The position numbers were made by a program, and so were the translations under genes. Below the pieces are notes generated by a model, which did not search any database, was not told where the DNA came from, and saw only the letters and a program-made list of their open reading frames with translations. Source: Promethearchaeota archaeon (lineage in GTDB: Archaea > Asgardarchaeota > Lokiarchaeia > Sigyniarchaeales > SOKP01). Taken from it: DNA of 64,000 nucleotides. Of this stretch, positions 21,113-29,970 are shown one piece after another (position 1 is the first letter of the stretch; each line of letters begins with the position of its first letter). The DNA is taken from the NCBI GenBank assembly GCA_016839705.1, contig JAEOTR010000006.1, positions 46,802 through 110,801 on the forward strand, written 5' to 3'.

Positions 21113-21858
21113 TAGAAATCAACCTCCCCTTTTAATGTTACTGTTCCACCTGCTTCATCATACTCAATGGGTCCATTTTTTTGAACCATTTTCACAAGTA
21201 TATTTCTGAATACATCTTCCCTTAAACCACTAGCTGAGACCAAGGCTTTTATTTCTAAGGTAGACTGTGGCAGTAAAGCATTAATTACTTTTAGTTGTGG
21301 GGATTGTATATAACCAGCTTTAATTAAAGATTTCATTGCGGCCGCTCGTATTGCATATGAATTACTAAACTTCTCTTTTTTATTAAAATCTCCTTGAAGT
21401 TGAGTTTCAAGTTCTTTCATTTTATTATCAAATTTCTCTTGAATATCTTTTAATTCTACAAGCCTATTTTCCAATTCTTCTAGACGGCTAGTTCGAGTTG
21501 ATAATTCTTCTTTTTGTGTTGTTATTTTAGTTTGAGTTTCATTTAATTCATTTTGGGCATCTTGAATTTTATCAAGAAGAGCTTGACGTTGAGTTGTTAG
21601 CTCTCCAATATTTTCTTCTAATGAAGTAATATCACGTTGATTCTGTGAGATTTTATTTTTTAAAGAATTAATCTCATCGTCGTTAGATTCGATGTTCCTT
21701 AGATGAGTAGTTTTTTCTTCTTCGAGATTTTCAATATTTCCGAGGATATTAGTTGGCTGAGATTGCAATTTCGGTACTGAATCTGAATTTAATCTATTTA
21801 ACTCCTCAATAATTGAGAGTATTTTTTTTAAAGATGATTTCGTATCAGTAAGACTCAT
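21112..21858 (-). CDS. coiled-coil protein with C-terminal winged-helix-like domain
   Basis: Same architecture, ending IEYDEAGGTVTL; TAATG stop/start overlap at 21112. Confidence 0.7.
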   Translation of the reverse strand: MSLTDTKSSLKKILSIIEELNRLNSDSVPKLQSQPTNILGNIENLEEEKTTHLRNIESNDDEINSLKNKISQNQRDITSLEENIGELTTQRQALLDKIQDAQNELNETQTKITTQKEELSTRTSRLEELENRLVELKDIQEKFDNKMKELETQLQGDFNKKEKFSNSYAIRAAAMKSLIKAGYIQSPQLKVINALLPQSTLEIKALVSASGLREDVFRNILVKMVQKNGPIEYDEAGGTVTLKGEVDF

Positions 21859-21953
21859 TTTAATTTCTCCTATTTAAAAAGTTATATCAAATCTTTATAA
21901 AATAATAGTGTAGATTTTTATAAATTTTGATTTTTAGGTAAGGCAAAAGAATA

Positions 21954-22793
21954 TTATATTTCTTTAGAAATTTCTTTAATAAAGGAAGTTGATCGAATCG
22001 GACCATAGGGAAGGTTCCTTCTTTCTATAATTATGTTTAACTGCTCAATGATTTTCTTTGTAAAATAATTAAAATCAAATTGAAAGGATGAGTTTGTTTG
22101 ATAATATTTTCTTAGAAATATATTAATAAGATCAATTTTATGCCTAGGTTCATCCATATCAAATAATCCAGGGCTTGTATCGAGTAATGAACAACAAATC
22201 CATGCTAAATCATCTATATGATTTCCCTCATACGAATCTTCAAAATCTACTCCATACATGATTTCTCTTGAAGGATCTAAGATAAAGTCTCGTAATCTTG
22301 TATCTCCTTTATTCAAAACAAAAAGTTCCTCAGATCGACGCTTTCTTACAATGTTTTTTTTATGTAATTCAGCAAGCCATTCAGCAAGTTTTTCAATACT
22401 TAAAATTATCTCCGTTTTCAAGTCAGGCTCTAAATCCTCTAATTTTTCATTATTTTTTAAATTATCATTGATGAAATCACAAAGATTAAAACCTTCAACT
22501 TTTTCTAAAATTAAGTAAGGTTTTTTTAAGGACAATATTTTAGGAACATGAAAATTTTGATTTTTTAATCTCGTTAAGATATTATTTTCACTTACTATAT
22601 TTTTTGTTCTAAAGATTTTGATAATAAACTCTTGTGGAAAATCTTGTAGTTTTTTATCAAAAACCAAGTGGACTACCGTGTTTTTTCTGCTATCTAATTC
22701 ATAGATATTAAAATTATAATTATCTTTGCGAAATTCAGGGATTATGCCTTTTAGATCCTTAACAATTTTGTTCTTAATGGCTTGTACGCTCAT
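21954..22793 (-). CDS. atypical kinase/phosphotransferase (APH/RIO-like fold)
   Basis: IIKIF, VPKIL, LILEKVEG, KGDTRLRDF catalytic loop, VDFED. Confidence 0.7.
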   Translation of the reverse strand: MSVQAIKNKIVKDLKGIIPEFRKDNYNFNIYELDSRKNTVVHLVFDKKLQDFPQEFIIKIFRTKNIVSENNILTRLKNQNFHVPKILSLKKPYLILEKVEGFNLCDFINDNLKNNEKLEDLEPDLKTEIILSIEKLAEWLAELHKKNIVRKRRSEELFVLNKGDTRLRDFILDPSREIMYGVDFEDSYEGNHIDDLAWICCSLLDTSPGLFDMDEPRHKIDLINIFLRKYYQTNSSFQFDFNYFTKKIIEQLNIIIERRNLPYGPIRSTSFIKEISKEI

Positions 22794-22922
22794 CTCGGAT
22801 ATTGTTTTTGTTTTAAACTAAATTAGTATTCTTATAAAGCTCAAGATAATATACATCTATAAAATTATGTGTTATCAAGTATCTAATTAATCCACTAATT
22901 AATGAATTCTGAGAAAAATATG

Positions 22923-23495
22923 TTATTTTCCTTCTTTAATTTTGTGTAGAATAGTCTCTCTTACTTCAGAAAATTCAGGAATTACAACAATTCCTTCCAT
23001 TTTTTTTAGCTTTTCAATATTTTCCAATTCAATGTCTCTTATTTTAAGTACAAGGGGAGATCCATCAGGTCTTGTTGTGGTTATGGGTTCTAGATCTTGA
23101 TCTGAAGGAAATATATGTACATCCATTCCCCCTTTAATGGCTTGTGCAACACAATTAGTAATTAATGTATCGGCTATTCCTTGGACAATTTTAGCTACTG
23201 AATTTGCCGAAACAGGACACACTAAAAACATATCATATTTTCCTACTTGTAATGGACCCGCATAAAAAGGGATATTAGGTGTTTTTTCCACCTTAATTTT
23301 TTGAACCGTCTTTGTTAGAGCTAACCACTTTTTATACCATTTTACAACAGCGGCACCCTCTTTTGTTAGGATAACCGTCAAATCTATATTAGGATCCTCT
23401 TCCAATTCTTTCATTATATCAATACATTCATCTAAAACATAACCAGTTCCCGTGATTCCCCAAATAATATGTTTACGATGTTTTTTTTCTTCCAT
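22923..23495 (-). CDS. archaeal flavoprotein (HFCD/AfpA-like)
   Basis: WGITGTG, PVSANSVAKIVQGIADTLITN. Confidence 0.8.
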   Translation of the reverse strand: MEEKKHRKHIIWGITGTGYVLDECIDIMKELEEDPNIDLTVILTKEGAAVVKWYKKWLALTKTVQKIKVEKTPNIPFYAGPLQVGKYDMFLVCPVSANSVAKIVQGIADTLITNCVAQAIKGGMDVHIFPSDQDLEPITTTRPDGSPLVLKIRDIELENIEKLKKMEGIVVIPEFSEVRETILHKIKEGK

Positions 23496-23643
23496 TTTAT
23501 AGGAGCACCTTATTTTTTAATATATATTATCTTAATCATAGATATTTTAAATTTTTTTTATAAAATCTAAAGAAAAGTATTATTAACGCTTTCATTATAA
23601 TTCATTAACTGGGAAGCTTTAAAATAAATAAGAGTGATATAAC

Positions 23644-24876
23644 ATGAATAACTCTAAGTATATCTACTTGGATAATGCTGCTACAACCCCAATGGATCCT
23701 CGGGTTATTGAAGAAGTAAATAAACATTTTAAAGAGACCTATGGAAACTCTATGAGCCTACATTCAGTAGGACAAAAAGCTGCTCAACTTTTAATAAAAT
23801 GTAGAGAACCTATAGCATCACTTATCAATGCTCATAGGGATGATATCTTTTTTACTTCTTCTGGTACTGAGGCCGATAATATTGCTATTTTTGGGGTTGC
23901 TTCAAGGTGTGAAAAACGTGGTAGCCATATTATTACCTCTAATATTGAACACCATGCTGTTGAAAATCCATATAAACAATTGGAGAAAAGAGGTTTTGAT
24001 GTTACTTTTTTACATGTTGATAAATTTGGTCTTATTAATATAGATGATCTAGACAAAGCAATTACAGATAAAACAATTCTAATTAGCATAATGTTTGCTA
24101 ATAATGAAATAGGTACAATTCAACCTATGAAAGAGATCGGAGCTATAGCAAAAAAACATAACGTTATCTTCCATACTGATGCAGTACAAGCCTTTGGAAA
24201 AGTTTTTATTGATGTGAACGAGATGAACATAGATTTATTATCTGCTTCAGCTCATAAATTATACGGACCAAAAGGAGTAGGAATGCTCTACATTAGGAAT
24301 AAAGGAGTTAAGGAAGGCTGGGGAAAATTTATTGAACCAATTATGCATGGTGGCGGTCATGAAAGAGGTATGAGACCTAGTACTGTAAATATTCCGGGCA
24401 TAGCTGGATTTGCTAAAGCCGCAGAGATAGCAGAAGAAGAATTAAATGATGAAATGGAAAGACAGATAAAATTACGTGATAAAATCATTAAATGGGTAAC
24501 TGATAATATCGAAGATTCATTTCTCAATGGGCATCCAACCAAAAGACTTCCTAATAATGTTAATTTAGGATTCAAATATATAGAAGGTGAATCAATTGTA
24601 TTAGATTTGGATATAGAAGGTATAGCAACATCCACGGGTTCAGCTTGCTCCTCTGAATCCTTAGATCCATCTCATGTATTATTAGCAATTGGTCTAAAAC
24701 CTCAAGAAGCCCATGGTTCTTTAAGAGTCTCTTTAGGGAGATTTACTACAGAAAAAGATGTAGAATATTTCTTAGAAAAACTACCAGCTGTTATTGAACG
24801 ATTGAGAAAAATGTCTCCACTTAAAAAGGGAGTAGAATATATGTTTTCAGATTCCCCGAATAAAGATCATCAATAG
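23644..24876 (+). CDS. iscS: cysteine desulfurase IscS/NifS
   Basis: YLDNAATTP, HTDAVQAFGK, SAHKLYGPKG (PLP Lys), STGSACSS (catalytic Cys). Confidence 0.95.
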   Translation: MNNSKYIYLDNAATTPMDPRVIEEVNKHFKETYGNSMSLHSVGQKAAQLLIKCREPIASLINAHRDDIFFTSSGTEADNIAIFGVASRCEKRGSHIITSNIEHHAVENPYKQLEKRGFDVTFLHVDKFGLINIDDLDKAITDKTILISIMFANNEIGTIQPMKEIGAIAKKHNVIFHTDAVQAFGKVFIDVNEMNIDLLSASAHKLYGPKGVGMLYIRNKGVKEGWGKFIEPIMHGGGHERGMRPSTVNIPGIAGFAKAAEIAEEELNDEMERQIKLRDKIIKWVTDNIEDSFLNGHPTKRLPNNVNLGFKYIEGESIVLDLDIEGIATSTGSACSSESLDPSHVLLAIGLKPQEAHGSLRVSLGRFTTEKDVEYFLEKLPAVIERLRKMSPLKKGVEYMFSDSPNKDHQ

Positions 24877-24959
24877 TTAATTATAACAATAATCAATTTC
24901 TCTACTCATACAAGGAAAAATTCGAAAGGATTATTGTAAAAGAAATTTTCTTCTATGTA

Positions 24960-27350
24960 ATGAGCATAGAGGAATTTAAATTTTCAACTAAAACAATCTT
25001 AATCGAAAAAAAAGAGGATATAAGCTCTTCTTACAAAATTAAAGCATATAATACTAAATTAAAATTTATGGAAGAGAGGAAAATTCCTCAAAAGCCCATA
25101 AATGACGTGTTAAATGAATTATTTCTCAAGAATAACTATATATCAAATAACACTAAAAACTCTATTTCTAAAATTATTTATTCCCAGAAAACACGGATAT
25201 TAATCTTAATCACTAATTCAGGCAAAGATATTATAATCAATCGCGATAGATTAGTTAGAGATTTTGGATGGTTTTTTTTTATTCAGAAATCTGAAAAAAA
25301 AGAGAAAGTATCAAAAGAGAAAAAATCCAAAAGGAGAGAAGAGAAAAAAAAAGAAATAACTATTCAAAAAGAGAATTACCAATTTAAAGATCTAGTAATC
25401 TCTGTGAAAGAAAAAGAGAATATGCGTTCACTTTATCATACCAAGGAATATCGACATTATTTGAAAATAATTAAATCACAGAATATAACTCAAGTTCCAG
25501 CAAAAGAGGTACTTGATGATTTTTTTAATAAGGATAAGCTTGTTCCAATTGAAGAAAAAAAAGGGATAAGAAAGATCATCTATTATCAAAAAGAAAAAGT
25601 AATTGTTATTAAATCTCTTATAGGGGATGAGATGTATGAGAATTTAGAAAACTTGGTTAAGAAATATGGATGGTATTTTTATATAACTGGAGTACCTGTT
25701 GGAGATAGTGAATTATGCATCGCAATTGATAAAATTGAAAAAAGATTTAATGAAAATTACTTTACAAATATATCTCTAATAAGTGAAGAGGGAAATTCTA
25801 AAGATATTAGGGTAACAATTTATCCTATTGTTTTAAAGCCTAATCATAATAGCCATATCTTGGGTTTGGGAAAACTCAATATTTTATTAGATTGTGGATT
25901 ATCACCTGAAAAAACCGAAAAAGAAACAGAAGAGATAAAAGAAGAACAGGAAGTTCAAGAAGAAAAAGATGTAGAAGAGAGAGAAGAAAAAGAAATCATT
26001 GATGAAGAAGTTACAGAAGGAGATCTGAGGTATATCGAAGAATATCTTCAAACCCTACCTCAACTTATTATAGAAGAAGAAAAGACGAGGAACGATGAAG
26101 TAATTGAGAAGACGGAAGTAATAAGCTCAGGTACTATACCTCAAAATCCTAAAATAGATGCTATTTTTGTCTCGCATAGTCATTGGGATCACATCGGTGG
26201 GTTGAAAGAAATAATTAAACTCTATCCTGATATCCCCATTCTAAGTTCCCATATAACTATGGATCTCTTTCTACTCCGGGATTCAAAATTCCTAAAACAG
26301 GAAAATCATGAAGAAATTGAAGAAGAAGAATACCAAAATATTATAAAAAACGTAATTTATGTAGAAAATGGCACTAAAATAGAATTCAAAGAAAAAGATT
26401 GCTTCTTATCCTTCTTCCATGCAGGACATATGCCTGGTGCATTGATGATGCTCGCAAAAGTAAATAATTTCAGATTACTCTACACAGGAGATTATACATA
26501 TAATGATATAACACCATTCGCTGGGACGAAAAGGTACCTAGAACAAATATCTCGTCCTATTGATTATTTATTAATTGATGGTACAAGCGCTCGAGAAGAT
26601 TTTGGTAATATTTCTGATCAATTTCACAGTTTGATTTTATTTTTAGAACAAAAAGCAGAATATGGTGATAATTCATTAATCGGAGCAGATCCTTCAAGTT
26701 TAGCAATCTCTTTTATGTTAACCTTCTGGAGATATTTTAGAAAGCTCCAATTAAGGCGTGATTACAAGAATCGCCCAAACATTTATGTAGATATGATGGT
26801 GCGAAAAAACATTCAAGTAATTAACCATCGATATGAATATATCCATGGACCAATTTCTCGATTGATTAGAGATAAAGCGAACCCATTTAATAGCATAAAG
26901 TTTAGATGGTTTGATCATGATAGTCTAGATTTTCTACGTAAGAAAAATAACATAATTATCTCTCATCCTCCCGATCTTTCTTATGGATTAATAAGAAAGA
27001 TAATAAATAGTGTAGGGCGCAACCCACACAATTTTATATTTCTTGCTGGTTCAATTCATGAATCTCCTGGTTTAGAACTTGTTGAGGGGGCTGAAGAAAT
27101 TGAATTTTCTGAGACATGGAAAATGCCCTTTCGCGCCTTGCTACTCAACACTTTTGCTCCTAATATTAAAATAAAACTTCATGCTGATAAAAACCAATTA
27201 CGTGAGATGATAAAAGCTTTAGATCCTAAAGAAGTATGTTTTTTCCATCAATCTGCCAAAAAGTTAATAGATGTCGTTGAATATATAAAAGAATTAGGCG
27301 TTGAGAAAGTTTCTTTACCAAAAAAGAGACAACTCTCAATACTGAATTAA
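24960..27350 (+). CDS. divergent beta-CASP/MBL ribonuclease with two N-terminal KH-like repeats (aCPSF1-like)
   Basis: LLDCG, SHSHWDH, AGHMPGA, YTGD, LHAD, FFH. Two N-terminal repeats end in GWFFFI and GWYFYI. Confidence 0.75.
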   Translation: MSIEEFKFSTKTILIEKKEDISSSYKIKAYNTKLKFMEERKIPQKPINDVLNELFLKNNYISNNTKNSISKIIYSQKTRILILITNSGKDIIINRDRLVRDFGWFFFIQKSEKKEKVSKEKKSKRREEKKKEITIQKENYQFKDLVISVKEKENMRSLYHTKEYRHYLKIIKSQNITQVPAKEVLDDFFNKDKLVPIEEKKGIRKIIYYQKEKVIVIKSLIGDEMYENLENLVKKYGWYFYITGVPVGDSELCIAIDKIEKRFNENYFTNISLISEEGNSKDIRVTIYPIVLKPNHNSHILGLGKLNILLDCGLSPEKTEKETEEIKEEQEVQEEKDVEEREEKEIIDEEVTEGDLRYIEEYLQTLPQLIIEEEKTRNDEVIEKTEVISSGTIPQNPKIDAIFVSHSHWDHIGGLKEIIKLYPDIPILSSHITMDLFLLRDSKFLKQENHEEIEEEEYQNIIKNVIYVENGTKIEFKEKDCFLSFFHAGHMPGALMMLAKVNNFRLLYTGDYTYNDITPFAGTKRYLEQISRPIDYLLIDGTSAREDFGNISDQFHSLILFLEQKAEYGDNSLIGADPSSLAISFMLTFWRYFRKLQLRRDYKNRPNIYVDMMVRKNIQVINHRYEYIHGPISRLIRDKANPFNSIKFRWFDHDSLDFLRKKNNIIISHPPDLSYGLIRKIINSVGRNPHNFIFLAGSIHESPGLELVEGAEEIEFSETWKMPFRALLLNTFAPNIKIKLHADKNQLREMIKALDPKEVCFFHQSAKKLIDVVEYIKELGVEKVSLPKKRQLSILN

Positions 27351-27439
27351 AAGTTTTATACGAAATAAACAATAAAACTTTAAGTCAATAATTTCTTCTT
27401 CTTTAATGAACTACATAAGCAATAAGGTGAGCTATAATA

Positions 27440-27856
27440 TACTCTGAAAAAGTAATGGAGCACTTTAAAAATCCCAGAAATATGGGAGAAATGAAAGATG
27501 CCAACTCCGTAGGTGAGGTGGGAAATGAGATTTGAAAAAATCTCACCCAATATCCCACGTGCGGAGATTTAATGTACATATATATCAAAGTGAAAGAGGA
27601 AGACGGTCAAGAGATAATTGAAGATATATCTTTTCAAACCTTTGGTTGTGCTGCCGCAATTGCTACATCTTCCATGGTAACAGAAATGGCCAAAGGAAAA
27701 ACCTTAGATGAGGGATTAGAAATTACTAGAGGAGATGTTGCAGAAAATCTAGATGGATTACCCCCTATTAAAATGCATTGTAGCAATTTAGCTGCTGATG
27801 GATTGCACGAAGCTATAAAGAAATATCGTGAAGAGAAAAAATCTAGCATACATTAA
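27440..27856 (+). CDS. iscU: Fe-S scaffold IscU/NifU-N, copy 1, split by a 27-nt intron (exons 27440/27455-27524 and 27552-27856)
   Basis: Spliced: [29 protein letters not shown]|[13 protein letters not shown]...TFGCAAAIA...[12 protein letters not shown]. The ORF track shows only the 27572-27856 fragment. Start uncertain (first ATG 27455). Confidence 0.9.
27525..27551 (+). other. bulge-helix-bulge (tRNA-endonuclease-type) pre-mRNA intron, 27 nt
   Basis: Intron ATGAGATTTGAAAAAATCTCACCCAAT. Central helix TGGG/CCCA, bulges AAA and ATA, 8-bp intron stem with GAAA loop, 12-of-14 exon helix, in-frame TGA at 27533. Confidence 0.85.
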
Positions 27857-27960
27857 AATTGGGAAGTTTTTAAGCATCTCTTCATTCAAACATTAAGTAT
27901 AAATTCTTTGCACTAATTTTAAAAATTATAGGTTTAATCTGAAATAAAAGGTGTATAAAG

Positions 27961-28344
27961 ATTTATTCAGATATTGTACTTGATCATTTCAAAAATCCTA
28001 GAAATCAAGGAGAAATGAAAGATCCTGATGCCGTCGGAAATGCAGGAAGCGCTGTATGTGGGGATTATATGCACGTTTTTATTAAAGTTAAAGAGGAAGA
28101 TGGAAAAGAGATAATAGATGAAATTTCATTCCAAACTTTTGGTTGTGCAGCAGCTATTGCGTCATCCAGTATGCTCACGGAGATGGCTAGGGGAAAACCT
28201 TTAGAAGAGGCAGAAAAGCTAACTAAAATGGAAATTGTTGATGCCTTAGGCGGATTACCTGAACCTAAAATTCATTGCAGTGTAATGGCTGCAGACGGAT
28301 TAAAAGAAGCAATTAGAGTGTATCGCGAGAAAAAGCTTAAGTAA
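27961..28344 (+). CDS. iscU: Fe-S scaffold IscU/NifU-N, copy 2, intronless, probable ATT start
   Basis: ATT-YSDIVLDHFKNPRNQGEMKD...SAVCGDYM...TFGC...LPEPKIHCS. AAGGTG lies 7 nt before ATT; in-frame TGA at 27940. Confidence 0.9.
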   Translation: MYSDIVLDHFKNPRNQGEMKDPDAVGNAGSAVCGDYMHVFIKVKEEDGKEIIDEISFQTFGCAAAIASSSMLTEMARGKPLEEAEKLTKMEIVDALGGLPEPKIHCSVMAADGLKEAIRVYREKKLK

Positions 28345-28387
28345 CTCGATTTTCCTTAAATAATGAAATCTATTTAATATAAATTTC

Positions 28388-29149
28388 TTAAATTTCGACT
28401 GAATTGCTGCCATCAATAACTTTTACATTAGAGATATAAGAGATTTTCTGAATATCTGATAATAATCCTACTTTTGAATCGAGCTTCTTCGAGATTTCTT
28501 CTCCTTTCTTAAAAGATAATAATTTCGATTTTTTCTTGAAAGTGACAATGAAACTAATACGGTTTGTATTCTCATCTATTGAATCTATTCCTAACATTGT
28601 ATAATATTTCAAATGGCGCACGAATATCGGGCTTAAAATCAGAGAATAATCTTCAGAAACGGGAAAATCAAGCTCAATAATATCTTGAGCTAAGCCTTTA
28701 GCTCCAAATTTTCCATAAGTCATGAAGTACATTAAACTACAACCAACTGTGGTAAGCATTATTCCTACCAAATAAAACCGAGTGCCACAAGCCATTCCTA
28801 CAGCCATTACAAAAAAGATAAAACCAACATCCCTAGTTTCTTTAAGGGCATTTCTAAATCTCACAATGGAGAGTGCTCCCACTAATGTAAATGCTCGGGC
28901 AATATCTGTGCCAATGATTATCATAATCATTCCTACAATAACTCCTAACAAAACTAAAGTTTGAGTAAAATTTTGAGAGTATGAAATACTTCGATGAGTA
29001 CCTCGATAGGTTATTCCAATAAGGATTGATAAAATGATACTCCAGAAGAATACAATTATTACGTCAGTAATTTCTATAGGTGATATAATTGAACCTAAGC
29101 TAAGAAATGAATCTTCAATAAACTTTCTTAGAAAGTCATCTAACCACAT
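28388..29149 (-). CDS. DUF4956-family membrane protein
   Basis: ARAFTLVGALSIVRFRNALKETRD, AVGMACG; downstream of the VTC gene. Confidence 0.85.
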   Translation of the reverse strand: MWLDDFLRKFIEDSFLSLGSIISPIEITDVIIVFFWSIILSILIGITYRGTHRSISYSQNFTQTLVLLGVIVGMIMIIIGTDIARAFTLVGALSIVRFRNALKETRDVGFIFFVMAVGMACGTRFYLVGIMLTTVGCSLMYFMTYGKFGAKGLAQDIIELDFPVSEDYSLILSPIFVRHLKYYTMLGIDSIDENTNRISFIVTFKKKSKLLSFKKGEEISKKLDSKVGLLSDIQKISYISNVKVIDGSNSVEI

Positions 29150-29190
29150 AATATGAGAAAAATTTTGTTCTAAATTAAATTTATGAAATA

Positions 29191-29946
29191 TTAAATCAAA
29201 GCAAAAATCTTTGTTTTTTCTAATCCTGCAGCGAATTTTGAAATCTTATACTGCACACAATCATTTTTTTGAATTATTTTAATAGCCCATTTAGGAATAA
29301 TATTGTTAAATTTTACCTCCATTATACAAATATTTGGAGGAATTATATATCTCGATCCAACCCCGAATCGAAGGTCAAGGTTATGCTTTCTCACCTTTAA
29401 ATTCGTATCGAATGTTAAACGAAAGGTTTTTTCAACTCTTGACATATAAGGTTGCCTGTGATAAGATACAACACATACAGGTTTTACATTATATTTCTTA
29501 TAAAGAAACCAAATTTCATCTAAAGTGGACTTATCCTGTGCAGATGCATTTTCATAAAAATTTTTAGCTTCATTGTTATAACTGTCTAAAATACTTACCG
29601 CCTTGTTAAGAGGTACAAATATCCTGCTTTTTGCAACGTTTTCATTTATTTTTTTCTTAATCTCGATAAAAGCGTATTGTTGACTGTCTCTAGAGTAATT
29701 AGGATAATGTCGTATTCTAAGTTTTTTCCTAATTGCTATTCCATTTCTTTTCTCAAGAAAAGAATGTTGGAAATGTGAATCAAAATACAAGCTTCTAACC
29801 TCATAATTGTAATTATTACGAACATGAGGATCCAATTTCATGAAAGGAGGAATATAAGAAAGTATTCTATCTCGTTCCTCTAATGAAATTTGATATTTAA
29901 TTTCAAATCTATTGAAATATTTTTGAAAGCTCTGGATTTTTTTCAC
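29191..29946 (-). CDS. VTC-domain (polyphosphate polymerase-like) protein
   Basis: RFEIKY, SLYFD, KLRIRHY, RLTFD, MEVKF, ISKF. Confidence 0.9.
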   Translation of the reverse strand: MKKIQSFQKYFNRFEIKYQISLEERDRILSYIPPFMKLDPHVRNNYNYEVRSLYFDSHFQHSFLEKRNGIAIRKKLRIRHYPNYSRDSQQYAFIEIKKKINENVAKSRIFVPLNKAVSILDSYNNEAKNFYENASAQDKSTLDEIWFLYKKYNVKPVCVVSYHRQPYMSRVEKTFRLTFDTNLKVRKHNLDLRFGVGSRYIIPPNICIMEVKFNNIIPKWAIKIIQKNDCVQYKISKFAAGLEKTKIFALI

Positions 29947-29970
29947 CTATTCGATTGTTTGTTTTTTGAT

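Noticed and set aside
27406-27442. Second 28-nt intron joining ATG AAC to TAC TCT (MNYSEKV)
   Set aside because: The registers tested give no 4-bp central helix or convincing stems.
27533-27535. TGA as selenocysteine (it falls at GN-x-x-*, the register of the first IscU Cys)
   Set aside because: The real Cys codon (PTCGD) is present 27 nt later, so readthrough would leave a 9-aa insertion in the ligand loop. No SECIS was recognised, and BHB splicing explains the sequence exactly. Not formally excluded without a SECIS search.
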